Assembly: GCA_020137815.1 (NCBI GenBank) | Contig: CM035352.1 | Coordinates: 1,736,001 to 1,800,000 of the forward strand | DNA length: 64,000 nucleotides | Direction: 5' to 3' | DNA from: Hormiphora californensis | Lineage: Eukaryota > Animalia > Ctenophora | Part shown: piece by piece, positions 38,049-51,848 of the stretch | Layout: each line of letters begins with the position of its first letter | Position numbering within the stretch: position 1 is the stretch's first letter | Notes under the pieces: generated by a model | Database searches by the model: none | The model's input: only the letters and a program-made list of their open reading frames with translations | What the model was told of the DNA's origin: nothing | Position numbers and translations under genes: made by a program

Positions 38049-38876
38049 CAGTCGGACCCCGATTTAGTGGCATCCTCGGGGGAAAAAAATCCTGCCACTA
38101 AATCGGGGTGCCACTAAATCGGGGTGAGCCATATTTGACCCATAAAAACATATTTCATGCCCAAAATGCTATACTAAGACTAAAGACACCTCTAACTGTT
38201 ATATGCAATGTTCATGTATTGATGACATGATAATTTCTGATTAGAAATAGAAAACTATAAAATAACTTTTTCAAAAAAATTGTGAAAAATTTTCCAAGTT
38301 ATACCAGCCCGTCCGATTTGTGTTTCGAATCGGTGCAGCTTCCTGGATGTCCTGTCTAATTAGCGGGTTCGAAACGAACCGATACGTGACACCATGCCGA
38401 ATCGGGGCACCCTAAGCGGGTGAGGAAGTATCAAAATAACTTTTTCTCTCAAAATTTATGGGGAGCACCGATCAAAGCATTGACAATCGTACTGTAAAAT
38501 TTATATATATACTGTAAAAGGTATACCAGCCACGTCTGAATCGTGTTTCAAATCGGTGCATCTTATCGCATGTCCTGCTGCTAATTAGACGGTTCGGAAC
38601 GTCATCCCCACCGAATCGAAATTTTGACGCTTGGTGAACTTATGATTCAATGGCCCCATGGGGATCACGTATCGGTTCGTTCCGAACCGTCTAATTAGCA
38701 GCAGGACATGCGATAAGATTCACTGATTCGAAACACGATTCGGACGTGACTGGTAGTCCTATGAAAATTTTCAAAAAATTTTCTAAAAAAATTCAAAAAA
38801 ATTTTTGGGGGAAAAAAATCTTGCCACTAAATCGGGGTGCCACTAAATCGGGGGCCACTAAATCGGGGTCCGACTG
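38049..38876. mobile_element. Longer (828 bp) CAGTCGGACCCC-family non-autonomous element
   Basis: TA|CAGTCGGACCCCGATTTAGTGGC...GCCACTAAATCGGGGTCCGACTG|TA. Confidence 0.88.
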
Positions 38877-39956
38877 TATTGAATTATCTATTGAATTGAG
38901 TTCTCAATTGTTGAGTTACTCAACAAATTATCTATCAATGAATAGTTGCTGTCACTCCAACCAATTATGCTACTTAAAGTGAGAGGTGCACGAAAATAAA
39001 AGTTTAGAATAATGTCTAAATAAATTGTGTGTAACATTCCTTGGTGTTCAATTAAAAGTTTGGTGAAAAGATGACGTCTCAATGTTGTGCGTGAAATTCA
39101 GAGTTCACTAGGAACGTGCATGCACGTACAAGCTTCAAACACAAGTTAGAAGCATGGGACCTTCACTAAAGTGTTCCTTGGATCAAAACAAGTTGGTGAA
39201 GGTCCTGCATGCTTCTAGCCTGTATTTCTTTTATAAAAGATTTAACGTAAACCTACCACCTAACGTAGGTTTATAATCAGTTTCTTCATCACGAGTAGTA
39301 TGGTTTAACATTTAAGTAAGCATTGCTTACTGCCTGACAACTGACAACTAATTATGCTCTCCACGCAGGATCCTCGTTTCTGTGCAAACTATAACGCGTG
39401 TTTATGCCCCCACCGTTTCGCTAACTGTGATGTCTAGTGAAATTCTCCCTCCCCCACTCTCAGTTCTCTAACTGTGCTGCATCCTCCACTCTCTCTCAGT
39501 TCTCTAACTTTGCTGCATCCCCAACTCTCTCTGCAGTTCTCTAACTATTAGATAGATCACTCGCCAACTCAATAACTCATACTATAATTAGTCAGGGCTT
39601 CTGTGTGTTCGAACCTCACCATATCTGATATCTTTATATCTTGTACCTTCAGACTTTATTTCTTTATAATATCTTGTATATATATTTTAGAGTCTTCATT
39701 GTTATCAGCCTGCTTGATTATAAACTGCTTGAAGCCCTGCTGACAAATCCGGTGTAGATAACTAAATGATTTCAGCTTGTACCTACATATACTCAGTGCA
39801 CCTTGTATGGTAGCGGTACCTCGTTACCTTTTTACTTTACTTTTTTATGTGTTTATCTATTGTACCTAAATATCAAACTAGCTGGTAGTATAAATCCCCT
39901 TGAATTGAGCTGTAATACTAAGTTAAGCCCAATAATTCCTCCCTCTCCGCAGGAAC

Positions 39957-40979
39957 ATGCTCACTTCACACAACACAACAACAACAACTCCATCCCTGTG
40001 TTCCAGTACGGTGGTCAACTTTGCTGCACTAACCATGAGCGTGGTTATCTTCAGCACCGGTATCTTCCTGGGCCGGAGTTTACGTCTGAAGCGCCGGTAC
40101 CTGGAGTTCCTGGGGATTATCGTCCACAGTGCAGTGGCTCTATCAGCTCTTGTGGTGAGCTACCGTAACAGATTCCACGGGGTCTGCACTATGGACTTCC
40201 TTGAGGACCACCAGAACTTGATTCCATACCTCATCTTCTCCGTGAGTTACCGGATATCGGGACTGCTGACATGCGTGCAGAACATCGTCGCCATACTGAA
40301 GGAGAACTTTGTGATAATCCCAGATTCGGAGAAAGTGGTTGCAGTGGTGTGTACAGTTGCCATGTCCTTGGTGCTAGTCAGCACCCTCATCCCAGGGTTC
40401 ATGGGCAATGGAGGGTCTAATGATGCAGAGTACAGATTTGTATCAGAGAGGCTACCCTGTCTCCTTCCTACCATTATCTCCCTTGCATTTGTAATTATCA
40501 CCATGATCAGGTGGACTACAGGGAGGATAAAGTGGTCCATGGCCCTCAGTATCCACTGTTCATCCGCCATGTTGTTGGTATTCATGGCACTGTTTCACGA
40601 AGTACTTGCTGAGAACTCTCTCCTTGTTCTCTTCCTCCATCTCGCCCGATCCTGCATCATCTGCTGCATGTTCTCTTCTATTCAAGTGTGCAAGTTTGTC
40701 AAGGCAATCCGTGTATCGGTGTCTCGGGTGGCTAGACCCTCGGTTTACCCAGTGGTAGGAGGACGTCGCTCCTACCCCTCCGTCATCAACAATGCAAATA
40801 ATATGCGGCAGGTGGAGGGTGGACATGTGTTCAGTAATCTGGCGGTCACTAAAACTGCAAGGAGTGAACGGTGGGACAGGAGAACGAAGAGGTCCGAGAA
40901 TCAGCTGTATGACCCGAACCGAAGTAGTTCCACCAAACTACCGGACATTATTTCTGAAGGGTGTGAAGATATTTTTTGA
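39957..40979 (+). CDS. Intronless orphan 7-TM (GPCR-like) protein, 340 aa
   Basis: About seven hydrophobic segments, N-terminal NTT sequon, Cys before TM3, Ser/Arg-rich C-tail; acceptor ctccgcag 4 nt before the ATG; no DRY or NPxxY motif. Confidence 0.7.
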   Translation: MLTSHNTTTTTPSLCSSTVVNFAALTMSVVIFSTGIFLGRSLRLKRRYLEFLGIIVHSAVALSALVVSYRNRFHGVCTMDFLEDHQNLIPYLIFSVSYRISGLLTCVQNIVAILKENFVIIPDSEKVVAVVCTVAMSLVLVSTLIPGFMGNGGSNDAEYRFVSERLPCLLPTIISLAFVIITMIRWTTGRIKWSMALSIHCSSAMLLVFMALFHEVLAENSLLVLFLHLARSCIICCMFSSIQVCKFVKAIRVSVSRVARPSVYPVVGGRRSYPSVINNANNMRQVEGGHVFSNLAVTKTARSERWDRRTKRSENQLYDPNRSSSTKLPDIISEGCEDIF

Positions 40980-41490
40980 TGTACTTCTTGTGTTTAAAAT
41001 TTGAATGATTCCTGATTTTATTAAATTTCGTATTCTTTCTGCCATTTTGACAAGTAACAAGTTACATCCTATCACACACAGCGTCACAGCATACTTCATA
41101 AAATGACATTCTCCTTCATTTCTGCATTTCCCTACCGCCAGAGCATTGGCCTGATAAAATGACATTCTCCTTCATTTCTGCATTTCCCTACCGCCAGAGC
41201 ATTGGCCTGACAGTCATTTCCATAAAGTGTACGTTTCATTATAATTCAATCAACATCCCAGAGAAATAAGTTGTTACTCAACATAAGATAAAGGATAACG
41301 CCCCTATCACTGGATCCTGACAGGCCACCCCACCTGGCGGGGTGAGAGGGGGCGAGATCACGGGGCAGCGAATTGAGAAACCCCACGTTGCACAGGGAAA
41401 GTGTGAAATGTCAAAAGGCGACCCATAGTACAATGGATTATCGAGAATCACAGTTCACAGTGATATTATTGTTCAGCTGGTGACAACTAT

Positions 41491-41496
41491 TATAAA
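41491..41496 (+). promoter_or_regulatory. Candidate TATA box of the stonustoxin-like gene
   Basis: TATAAA about 105 bp upstream of ATG 41596. Confidence 0.4.
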
Positions 41497-41595
41497 CCCA
41501 GATCGACCAACCAATCACAGCTCTTAGTCTCTCACTCTTTTTCCCGTCACTTCTCCGCATCCATCCAGTTTGCAAGGAGTAAAGTCTCTCATACA

Positions 41596-44500
41596 ATGTT
41601 AGTTTTGTTCCTACTGCCCGTAGCGGCAGTTATTGCCGAGGAAGTCATTGTGTGTCTCCCGGGAATTAAAACATTTGCAGCGGACGCCTCCTACGGTGAC
41701 AAGAGTTATTGGAAGTGTGGGGTGGATGGAAAAGCGACACTAAAAACATGCCCAAAAGGCCAGCTATACCACAGGAGATCAGGTCGTTGTAGGACCGTCG
41801 CTAAGTCTCACCCCGGCCTACTAAAACGGTCCACTGGTGCGGGTAACTCCCCCGATTTAGAGTTGTTGGAACTGGAGAACACTAATTCCAACTCTGAAAC
41901 GCTGGGTGCGATCTACAATGCTCGAACAGGAAGGTTTGTAACAGGACGGAACCTGTGGGGTGCGGCGGTGACTAGCGCTAACATGATCTCACAACCACTG
42001 GTTTACTCAAACCTGGAGACGTACCAGGAACAGGATATTGATGATCGTGTGTACCATTTGGGTGTCAAGGCAAACATGGCACTATCTTTATTGTCAGGGA
42101 TGATTGAAGTCTCAGGGACAGCAGAGTACCTGAGGAACGAACAGGTAACGTGTTGCTCACATTGCATATATTTCATGAAATCGCGCTCTGTGAGGGTGTG
42201 GCAGATGAATCTCGCTGTAGAGACAGTTCGTCGAACTATCTCTACCGTGACTTGTTAACCAATAATGCCGTAATTCGTTAAATGATATGAAGACACCCAC
42301 GGCCACGATGAATTTCTTAAAAAAATTATAACAAGTTTAGTTGAAATAACGTCATGTTAGATTCAAGATTCAAGATTCAAGTCCGCTAAATGACATAATT
42401 TCAGATAAAAAGCGAAACAGCAGCGGTGGTAATGAAGTACACCTCGACGCGGGTCTCGGAAACTATGCCCCTGACCACTCCCATAACCCACAAGGGGATC
42501 TGTGAGATGGCAGCTGCTGAGGGTGGACCCACCCACGTAGTTAGCTCATTAACGAGGGGGCTTAGAGCATTCCTGAAGTTCAAGAAGTCTCTGTCGCTAG
42601 TGGACAGTAAGGAGGATATCGGTGGACGGCTGGCGCTGTCTATAAATAGCATCCCGGGATTTGCATTCAATGGTTCTGCCTGGGTCAACATCAACGGAAC
42701 CGAGGTATGTGTGGTGAATACACTTCCTTTCTAGGGATTTAGAGGGGGAAGAGTCGAGGTATGTGAGGGAAAAATACCATCTTCTACTATGCAGTTAGTA
42801 ACGAAATTACAGAGAGGGGTAATAGAAAGTAGAACCGTGTTTGCTGCAGCAGTAGGGAGCAGCAGCACTTAGCCAAGCACATTTTGAATTCTAAATCATT
42901 CCAGAAGAATTCAGAAATTCCCCTATAGCTCACTCAGCGTGAAACGCAGATTGTAGAGCTGGAAGTTCCAAATTAGGGATAAATTTTAAGTTTGCTGGTC
43001 TAAACTAATATTGCAATTGGTTGATGACACTGGAAGCTGAGATACTATACGTTTTGTAGGGCTCTTCACCGTGTTATTCACCATATATATTACTTGCTAG
43101 GTGAAGAATCTGGCTGGAGTGACAGTGACTTACTACGGGGACGCGACCATCAGTAACCCAACCAGCTATCTGGCCGCGGTCCAAGCGTTTGAGGATATCC
43201 AAGCGAAAGCGCCATTGTCCTCAAAAACAGTCAGGTGATTGGGTGAAACTCTGTCAGGCCAATGCTCTGACAGGCGAAACTAATATTATAACTTCATGTA
43301 TTCAATATTCATGTTACTGAAAACCAAACTGATTATTTTACTTTAGAACAGTACATGTTAGCTTTCTGGTTCTATTCTGGGTGCATTAGGTAATTTCAAC
43401 TGTACATCATAGATTTTCAGATTCAGCAGTTAAAATCTGTCAGTCTGTAACTGATCTTTTAAAGAAAATTGCAGTTTATGGTCAAAATATTTTCTGTATT
43501 TATACTTGAGCAGATGATGCAGATCTGTCATGTTGAGTAACCCGGCCTTACTCAACAAGATCTGTCAGGACGTTGCATGATCTGTCAAATCAGAACAAGA
43601 CATCATGACATCATCATGACATAATCATGACACCATGTGTTTCAGATATCAACTAGTGCCACTGAGTTATCTGTGTACTTCAGATGTAAAGCAACTGAAG
43701 GAGATTCAGGATAATCTTGTTGTGACGGCATCAAAAACCCTGGTAAGTGTCCCATATTAGCTACCCTTTCTTCCTAACTGCCTTTTGTCTACGATTCTTG
43801 TATTGGAGCAAGGCCAATGCCATTGGCCAAGGGCGGGTCTGTCTAGACGAGAATCGTTGGAAAGAGAAAGAGTGGGGTTAAATATATGACGAAAAGTTCA
43901 AAGTACTCTGTGCAGTTCAAAGTACTCTTTGCAGGTTGCTATTTATCACATCAAAGATAGTTATTTATAACTGAGTACCTTTGAGTCCAAATTGTCACGT
44001 TTTACAACCTAGGTTGAATTGGATAAGATCAAAGAGAAAACTGAGATTCTACGAAATTCGGTGGCATCCCAAACGGTTTCCACAATCAAAGCTGTGCTGA
44101 CCACATTTAGCAACAAGCTGCAAGCCTTCTCGGACGACTACAAAGCATCAATCAGAGAACAGGTATAGTTGCCCCTTGTTCGACCCTTCACCCTGGCTTA
44201 CCACGCCCTGGGTTTGAACAAAATTATCAAATAGTAACACCTGCACATAAAATATGTTTCATATATGGCCGTGGTATTGCCACCACAGGAGTAGTTTAAT
44301 TCTCCCAGATTAACAAATATATCTCCAATTTACAGCTTCTGCTGCTCTCATCGGGCAGCAGTGAGATCGCACTGATAAACCTGATCCACGGCTACCAATC
44401 CTCTGCATTCTCCTACAACAAAGCAAGCCTGTTTCTGGAGGTGCGATCAAGGGAAATTTCTACTATCAACCTTGTCTTGGCGATGGTGCGGGATCGGAAA

Positions 44501-47500
44501 ACGTTTGCTATCTCCTCGAGCAATGACGATATCTCCTACCTCTACAAATACAAGTTTGTGGAATGGGCGAGGGAAGTTCGGATGTGTTATAATAGGTTTG
44601 GGTTGTATTGTGCAACAGCACAAGGTTTGGGTAGGGACTTATTTTTACATCAACGGAATTATTTTCTATCATTTTTACTTCCAGGTACGCGGTGTTCTTT
44701 GTTTTGAACATTCTGCCTGAAGATAACGTTGCAGATAAATTTATTCAGACTAAAGAGGTAAAATATTAAAGATAAAATCAAAACCCCAAAATATTTATAA
44801 TAACCTGTCATATTTGTCGTTGTGCCATTACTTTTCTGGGAAACGCCATTTATAAAATATGATCGAGACTATAACTAAGTATATTGAGCGCTTCTATGTA
44901 TCATATCCAGGTAGTGGTACTGTTCCCAAGATCGCCTACTTTATTATCTACTGCAGGTACCAGATGAATCGGGTGCGTGGTACAATTCCCCAGGGTCAGT
45001 AGGGCTTGTTGGTAATAGGTTAAGAAAGTTTATTGCATTTGCAAAAACAAACAAGAAAAGCCGGAAGCATGGGTTCATAGTGTCAATCAAGAAGATGCGA
45101 CATGGAAAGGTACGTGTTTCTATATTTTATTATCTTTGATGATTATTCATACATTATGATGTATGTATGCATGTACGTATCTAACCTAACTGAATAAAAC
45201 GTTCCCAGCAATCAGTGTACTCAAAGTTTTATCGGCCCGAAGTTGATTTAGAGGAAATGGAACTTCCCTTCCCCCCACCTTCTTCCCCTCCAACGCCGGT
45301 AAACTAAACAAACGAATTTCGATTTGTATTTGGAAATGATATATGTACCGGGTTGTACCCGGAAATGATATGTTTTTTTGAAGTAGGTCGATTTCTGGAA
45401 CTTTAGAGTTCAATTTCAAAAACAAACTACAACGTCGTCTTTCCCACAACCAGGTTTGCTCGCCTCGTTTTGAAGGATTCAATCTGGCTACGGCTGCCAC
45501 ACTAAACCCAAACGTCACCCTGCACTACATAAAGGCTCAGCGTTCTGAAAACAAAAACGAGCTGAAGACGATTGTGAATAAACAAAACCCAAGCACGGCG
45601 GATGAAATCTCAATCCAGGGTCTCAAACCTGCCTCAGAGTATAACATTTCTACCGCATACAAGGTTCGACCAACTTCAAATCACTAAGCTGCACACTGCA
45701 CAGTCAATACTACAATACTGTATTTGTAACTTTGTTGTAATCGATAATATTTTGTTCCTAGGTGTTTGACATTGATACATTCCCTGACGCCGGAACAAGT
45801 CCCTGGACTTCACTCGTATCCTGCTGGACTGCACCCTCGACTCCCCTTGATGTTGCAGTTACCAAGGTTACATACAACTCATCTCACGGTGTCAATCGGA
45901 AAACCGGAGAAAATGGTCAATGGACCACTAAAGTACAAGGTATGGGATACAATGGGCTTTCAGTTTCAAAATATTTATTTCTTTGGGAGATTCACTGGAT
46001 TTTTATAGTTAAGTCCATATAACCCGGTACCACATACTGAATATAATTTAGGTTATAGTTGCTAAAGAGGGAACGGAGGATACTTTACACTACTCGAGAG
46101 ATAGTCCTGGTGACCTGATGATCGGTGGACTTGCACCTGCAACCCTCTACCATATCTCTGCTTGGACGGAAAAGGGAAAGAGCAGAAGTGCTGTTACAAC
46201 GATCAAGTTTGCAACCTCACCATCTCACATTCCTTTCCCCGAGGTAAAATGCATTCGCTGCTGCTAAGACATTGTGCCACATTACATTATAAATATCAAT
46301 TAATCTGGAATGCTATGACCACATTTGTCACACGCTCCGCCGGGCAAGAAATGAGAATAGGGTCATGCCAATGCGCTGGCCGATCTCTAATATTCATGTC
46401 TTCCATTTACATTATTAGGTATACAAGGTGACCCAAACTGAAGTTCAGTTAATAGCCAGGTTGAGCCTTTTGGACCTTGCACCTGGGCTTATCCCGACTT
46501 CTGTAACTGCTTTTATTCACCAACTGAATAGCAGGGGACAGGTCATTTCTGGGACTGAATTCGTCGAAAAAACCGTCATTGAGGTTAGAAATTTAAATGC
46601 AGAAACGTTTCCTCGCTTTGCATTTGTCGATAGTTCAGTATAAGTATACGGTTTAACTATACTACTACTTCCCCATTTTACCAACTCGCTATGAAATAAA
46701 GCAATTCTCTTTCACCCTCTCGGGATGCTGCATGATGGATTAATTTCACAGTCAGGTGATGGACGAGATGTAACGGCGAAGATTTCAAGCGTCAAGCCCG
46801 GAAAAACATATGCCATTGTTCTTCAACTAACGGTAGAAACTAGTTAGTTGTTTTGACTATCTAGTTGCAACTTTATATATACAACTATTCCACCGAACAC
46901 ATTTAGAATAGAGAGGCTCTGGCCTCTGTGAAAAATAACATCTTGAAACTTCAGACGGAGTACGATGGAGTTCCACTAAAATCTGATAAATCTGATGAAG
47001 TTCAAGTTTCCACCCCATTGGGCGGCAGTGAGGCAGACAAGGTGAAAGAAGAGATTGATATTGTAAAGAATGATGTTACAGATCGAATTGATGCCATTGA
47101 GAGGGATGTCAAGAAAGAAGGGGCTGCAATCGATAATATTGATCTTTCCGGGTTGGATTCTGTGACAAAATTTGAAGCGTTTGATACGGATTTGTCTCGT
47201 AACCTCACCATCCAAAGCAGTATTCTTCAAGGTAAAGTCAAATCATGTCACATATGGATGTTGTTAGCTATTTAGTATGTGATTAAAAATAACCAAGTAA
47301 GGTCCAAATAAAATCACGAATCACAAACTTCCTTTCCTTTCTAGCGGCCCTAAAGAGATCGTGTATTGCGGAGGGTCAACTGTTCTTCCAGAGTGATGCA
47401 GTCAAAACGCCTGGCTCTTCCATCTTCGATTGTTCTTCCAAGTGCACCGCGAGGAAAGGGGCCTGTGAGAGTGCCACCTACGATTCAATGAGGAAGGTGT

Positions 47501-47971
47501 GTCTTCTTAACTCCAAACGAAGGGGCCAGATTGTGCAGGCAAAATCATTCCAGACTTCAATTAACAACGTCTGCAACGGTAAGTAATGTGTTATTATCGA
47601 CTAGTTCAAGTTCAAATATTTGAATAACAATACAAGACTAGATGACTAACTAATTGAACGTTGTCGAAATGAATTATTTGGCAAATGATCATTGAAATCC
47701 CTTTTCAGCTGTTCTAAGTGGAGTCCCAGGAAACTGGGACAAATGTATGATAAAGAACAAGGCGTACGTCCCCAAAGTGGTTCAAAGAGTGTGGGGTATC
47801 ACGACAATGTATGACTGTGTCATGGCGTGTATCAACTCGTCCAATGGGTGCACTCGAGTGACCTGGGACTCAACTAGTCAGAAATCGTGTGACTTGCACG
47901 TAACTGTTAATTCTGGGATGAAATCTCAGACAGGAGCCTTTTCGGCAAGCTTGGATTGTCTGTCTGCTTGA
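41596..47971 (+). CDS. Secreted stonustoxin/neoverrucotoxin-family MACPF-CDC protein with N-terminal chitin-binding-like (CBM14) domain, FN3 repeats, coiled coil and two PAN/apple domains; multi-exon
   Basis: Signal MLVLFLLPVAAVIA; YWKC..TCPKGQLYH..RC; LGAIYNAR..NLW; SLLSGMIEVSGTAEYL; THVVSSLTRGLRAFLKF; YYGD..PTSY..AV; YQLVPLS; WYN..RKFIAFAKTNK; IQGLKPASEYNI, IGGLAPATLYHI; FDCSSKC..CESATYD..CLL and YDCVMAC..CTRVTWD..CDL; stop 47969-47971. Confidence 0.82.
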
Positions 47972-49433
47972 AGTAAGTGGCTGAGCTGAGCAAACATCAA
48001 ATCGTTTTCTAAGTTTTCAGACAAGTTTTTATACATCGACCTCATCGATAATAAAAGGTACTTTTTCAGGAAGCGAAGCGAAGAGACATCCGTATTCCGC
48101 CCAATGGTTCAAATTGAAGTTCGCTGATCAATCATCAAGATTTCTCTCACATTTATGATTTTTGAAGATTTAACATGAAAGCAATTCCCCAAATTTGTCT
48201 CTGCTTATTAGTAAATTTGATATGCATTCAAGATTCACAAGGTATTCACTATCATTCGAGTTAGGAGATTCATTTCATTTTGAGTTACAATCACAAACCA
48301 CTCCCTATATGTTACGTTTGATTGTTATGTTCTAACCCTCCTTTACGGGGCGCGCGAAACACAGTCTAGCTAGGCAAACGTTTGAAACGTCAGCTCTGAT
48401 CATACACGATCTATTTGGTCGAGTGTTTTTAAGCATTTGTACGTATTTCACACAACCAGTTTAGGTTGTGTTATCGTTAACTACCACTTTGCCCGTAATT
48501 ATTGAGTCGCCTGACAGTTGACACTGCGTCCGTACTCCGGATAAAGTATGGCCATTGGCCAATTCAACTAAAACTTCACACCCTGCATGATGCTCCCTGG
48601 GCGACAATGCGTACTCCATAATCCAGCTAGTGGCGCTGTCCCCCTCCCTCTCTCAGCTAGTGGCACTGTCCCCCTCTCTCCCTCTCAGATGGCCTCTTGT
48701 GTCGTTTGAGCATTAGTAAAAGTAGAAACACCGCTCTGCCAGTGCCAGTCCTTGGTCCTCGAGGAGAGTCGCTATATTGCTCGTAATTCCATCAACTAAG
48801 GAAAAAGCCACATGATGGTTGAAAATATTAAAAAATAGTTGGAGTATGTGAGTTTCTAAATAACCCGTATGCAGGCCCTCTGTTGCAGATCATGGACTAT
48901 ATGTTTGGAATTCATTTACAGTCATGCCACTAGTGTGGCAGAAACCGTTTTCGCTCTGTCTGGATAGTTTGACTTGCCATACTTTTGAGTTTTGCCCGAG
49001 GGGTTTTTGAGTTTTACAACTCCCCATGGCCCTCCATAATAGTATTGTGTTATTTTCCGATTCAATTACTACCTACTATGAATTAACTATATAGGACGAC
49101 AATATATGCTATCATATACACCCCTGGCTTTGTACTGCGTTTCAGTCCTCTGTGGGAGGGTGTCATTGCTCTACCCACGTGACCTCTCCATTGACGTATA
49201 GTGCGAGGATTTAACCAAATCACATAAAATGCACTGCTCCTCGACCATACGGTAGAGTAGGTTAGTACAGCAGCAGTAGTCGAATAATATTTTAGTTTTG
49301 AGTAGTAGTAGTAGTAGTAGTAGTAGTGACAGCTGCAGCCATGGCTGTCACAATTTCACAAAAATACTTAATTACCGGTTAAATTGTTTAACTGACTCCA
49401 CTTCCCTTTTAGCTTATAAAGCTGTGATATACT

Positions 49434-50078
49434 ATGAGCAGCAACTATGAAAATGCAGTACACGCTCGGGGAAGGAGAGTGTCTGTTGTAACAGAATCAA
49501 ACTGCCAACCTTCCAAGAGGACAACAGGACTTGCTAAGGAAGCTTGAGAAAGATAGAGAAAGAGAGGGAAAAGATGATGCAAAAAACACGGCGGAAGAGC
49601 AGCGTGGGACAGGTTATCCCACCTATGCCTACTAACCTAAATATGAAGCGAAGAGCCAGCCTGGCTGAGACGCGAATGCAGAGGACTCTATCCAAAGCAC
49701 GACCTAGATATTCCTATTCGGGCCAGATCAAACTCTGTGACAGCTGCTACTTTAACGGCCGGTTCAGATGGACCAATCAGACTAGTCAGGTCATCCTCCA
49801 TACCCTACGGAGAGCTGTTGGACAAGGAAAGATTCGAGAAGTTCTGTAACGCTACGAAGAAGCTAAGTATAACCACACCAGATCAGCTGAAGAGTCAGCT
49901 GAATATCAAGGAGGGGGATGACATGGCCTTTATAGGGGACATGAACGTGTATCTCAGGATGAATAACGTGGCAGTGAAGAAGGGTGGTGCACCTGTTATT
50001 GCGGAGGAGGGACATGAGGATGGGATAGAGTGGGAGAATTATATTCATCCGAGAACCCTGGAGGAACTGAGTGCTTGA
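49434..50078 (+). CDS. Uncharacterised ~210-aa protein rich in RRxS motifs; three +1 frameshifts
   Basis: ATG after cccttttag acceptor; fragments join as MSSNYENAVHARGRRVSVV..LLRKLEKIEKEREKMMQKTRRKSS..KRRAS..RSSSIPYGELLD..WENYIHPRTLEELSA*. Confidence 0.6.
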
Positions 50079-51848
50079 TGTTTGATCGACCCTGAAGAAC
50101 ACCGCTTGAAACAATTTCCGACCAGGTCTAACTTGGCTGATCGGCCCACCAGGACAATTGAGTGCTGCTGCAGCAGCAGAGAGCTTGAACAATGGAGATA
50201 AATGTGAGGTCATGCAGCGCATGAAAAAAGACTTCATGGGCCAAAAGCCATGTGAAAGAACAGAGAAAATACTATGCATGATTTTGCATGTTTGATCGCG
50301 TAATTTAGGTATCACAGATGTTGTTCAGATTTACCGGTTGTCCGAATTTTACGAATTTTGAGTGAACAAAAACAAGTGTAAAATCAAGTTAAAACTAAGC
50401 CCTAAACAAGGGCTAAAGGAAGTTCTTATTACGTGACACACGGACGTTGAAATTTGAGTCGATAATAATACTGTTGATCTGTGTAACACTTAACTTGAGT
50501 AACAGTCAACATTTCGTTTATGATTTCTCTCCCCCAAAATGAGATAACTACATCACGTCACGTTATTACGTGATATCGGCTATCATGGAATACCCAGGTT
50601 TGATATTCGATGTCATATTGATTGTTCAGTGCGGATAGACTCCATTTTGAGTGTGCTGTTCGAATTTCATCCTGCATCAAATGACTATAGAAATCATATA
50701 GAAATGCTTATATCCCAGGATTACAACACACACACACACACACACAATCCAGATGAGAGAGGAGGAGGAGGAGGAGGAGGAGGGGAAGCTGTAGGAATGT
50801 ATCCTCCTCTTCCTCGCACACAACTAGCTGTCATCGACAACTATATATCTCTCTTCTCTTTACGTAGCGAGCCTTGCACACACGCACACATTGAGACCAC
50901 GGCCCAGCTGGGATTGAGGCTTGTTGAGGGTGTATGCCCCTGACCTGCGGACTAATCTGAATTATAACAGTTTTCTTATTACTGTGAATTTGGATTGAGG
51001 ATGTTTATTGGACTAGTATAATAATAGCTTACCAACGCACGTCGCACATACAGTATGATATAAAGCGTCATATGACGGCCATGTACAGTACATGTATGCG
51101 TGTTCGCCGCCATTGTACAATTTGTAAATTAGGTTAACTAATACTTGCAGGAGAGAGAAAGCACACACACATACCCACACACACCTCGACGGCAGTGAAG
51201 CTTAATTCTAATTTTCTCACTGGACAGCTTTTTAGTTTTTATCCCCCTCTCTCTCTATCTCTTTATCTCTCTCTTTCTCTTTTCAAGTTAGCTTCAGTTC
51301 ACACTGTCAGTTTCATGTGTAATTACAGGAGTGTTGCTGTGTCCTTCTTATTAAGTTTGTTGATAGACAATTTCTTTTTGTAATTTGTGCTTCTTTTGAG
51401 TTCTTTCAGTGGTTCTTGCATAAAACGTTGTCTACGACATGGTCTACTACGTCGAAGGCGCAGTCTGCTGACGTTGTTTGTGCATCTTGGACGTCGTGGG
51501 TGGGTGATGTCGTAGGTGGTGATGTAGGTGGTGATGTGCAGGCACTTTTTTTAAATATGACAGACCACCACTGTTTAGAGGTTGTGTTTTTCAGTTCAGG
51601 TGATATTTTGACGTCAGTACTCAGTACGTCGACTGAACTGAAAATATTTTATTTTAAATTCTTCTCAGTTGTCTTCACGGGCGGCTTCTGTTTGGTAGTT
51701 CTGTCCCATCTAATGTTTTAGTTCTAATCAACCTGTGACAGCAGATCATCTTGGTAAAGAGCAACTCTAATAAAGCTAGTTTCAACTGACTCTTATATAA
51801 AACCGGCTAATATTCGATTAACGTTCAATATAGGAAAGTTGAACTAGT

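Noticed and set aside
39548-39630. tRNA-like fragment with GTTCGAACC
   Set aside because: No A box or convincing cloverleaf
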